NCBI GenBank assembly: GCA_964035545.1
Contig: OZ037766.1
Coordinates: 13,444,722-13,508,721, forward strand
DNA: 64,000 nucleotides
Reading direction: 5' to 3'
From: Bugula neritina
Taxonomy: Eukaryota > Animalia > Bryozoa
The notes below the pieces were generated by a model. The model worked only from the letters and a program-made list of their open reading frames with translations. It ran no database searches and was not told the DNA's origin. The position numbers were made by a program, and so were the translations under genes. Below, one piece after another: positions 63,681-64,000 of the stretch (the first letter of the stretch is position 1; every line of letters starts with the position of its first letter).

Positions 63681-63759
63681 ACATAAAATTACAAAAGGAA
63701 ATGAATAAGATTTGCATCGACAGCAATGAGCAATCTGTCATATCGCCATCCTTTTCCAC

Positions 63760-63900
63760 ATGTTTTCTCCAAATCTAAACAATCTCCTAACAACTAGCCT
63801 CGCTGACTGCGCGCTATACATTACTATTGGTTAATTTTCTAGACATGCTTTTCTATTGGCCTATCTAGTTATAAACTTTCTTGTTACGAATGAAAGCTAC
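63760..63900 (-). promoter_or_regulatory. Putative SLC22 promoter with two CCAAT boxes
   Basis: ATTGG at about 63826 and 63855 with a CpG cluster (cgctgactgcgcgc). The SLC22 ATG exon is preceded by an acceptor at about 61663, so an upstream UTR exon is required. Confidence 0.3.
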
Positions 63901-64000
63901 GATTGTTATTAAAGACTACTATTCAGCCTATCAGACTGGCTCAGAAATGTTTTTCATTATAAGCTGAAGTACAAGTCTGTTGTGGTGAATTTACATCAAA

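Overview
AT-rich metazoan genomic DNA with spliced genes (probably an invertebrate; the taxon cannot be fixed from sequence alone). I assembled four multi-exon genes by hand from GT-AG junctions with consistent phase. (1) A minus-strand 12-TM adenylyl-cyclase-like gene (11994 to <210, running off the window) with several catalytic residues replaced, so a probable pseudo-cyclase. (2) A divergently oriented plus-strand IL-17-receptor/SEFIR type I receptor (16652-27979). (3) A giant plus-strand gene (33027-53355, 20 exons, about 4,490 aa) encoding a signal peptide, an uncharacterised N-domain, about 1,284 essentially uninterrupted Thr-rich/Pro-poor Gly-X-Y triplets, Ca-binding EGF repeats with cysteine inserts, a TM helix and a short tail, i.e. 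a predicted micron-long type I membrane-anchored collagen. (4) A convergent minus-strand SLC22 transporter (61650-54569). Introns contain a type I hammerhead ribozyme (Penelope-type) inserted in (AT)n, a tRNA-headed SINE with a 19-bp TSD, a decayed LINE 3' end and two minisatellites. Hexamer-periodic low-complexity tracts flank the putative promoters. Exon coordinates are manual predictions without transcript support.
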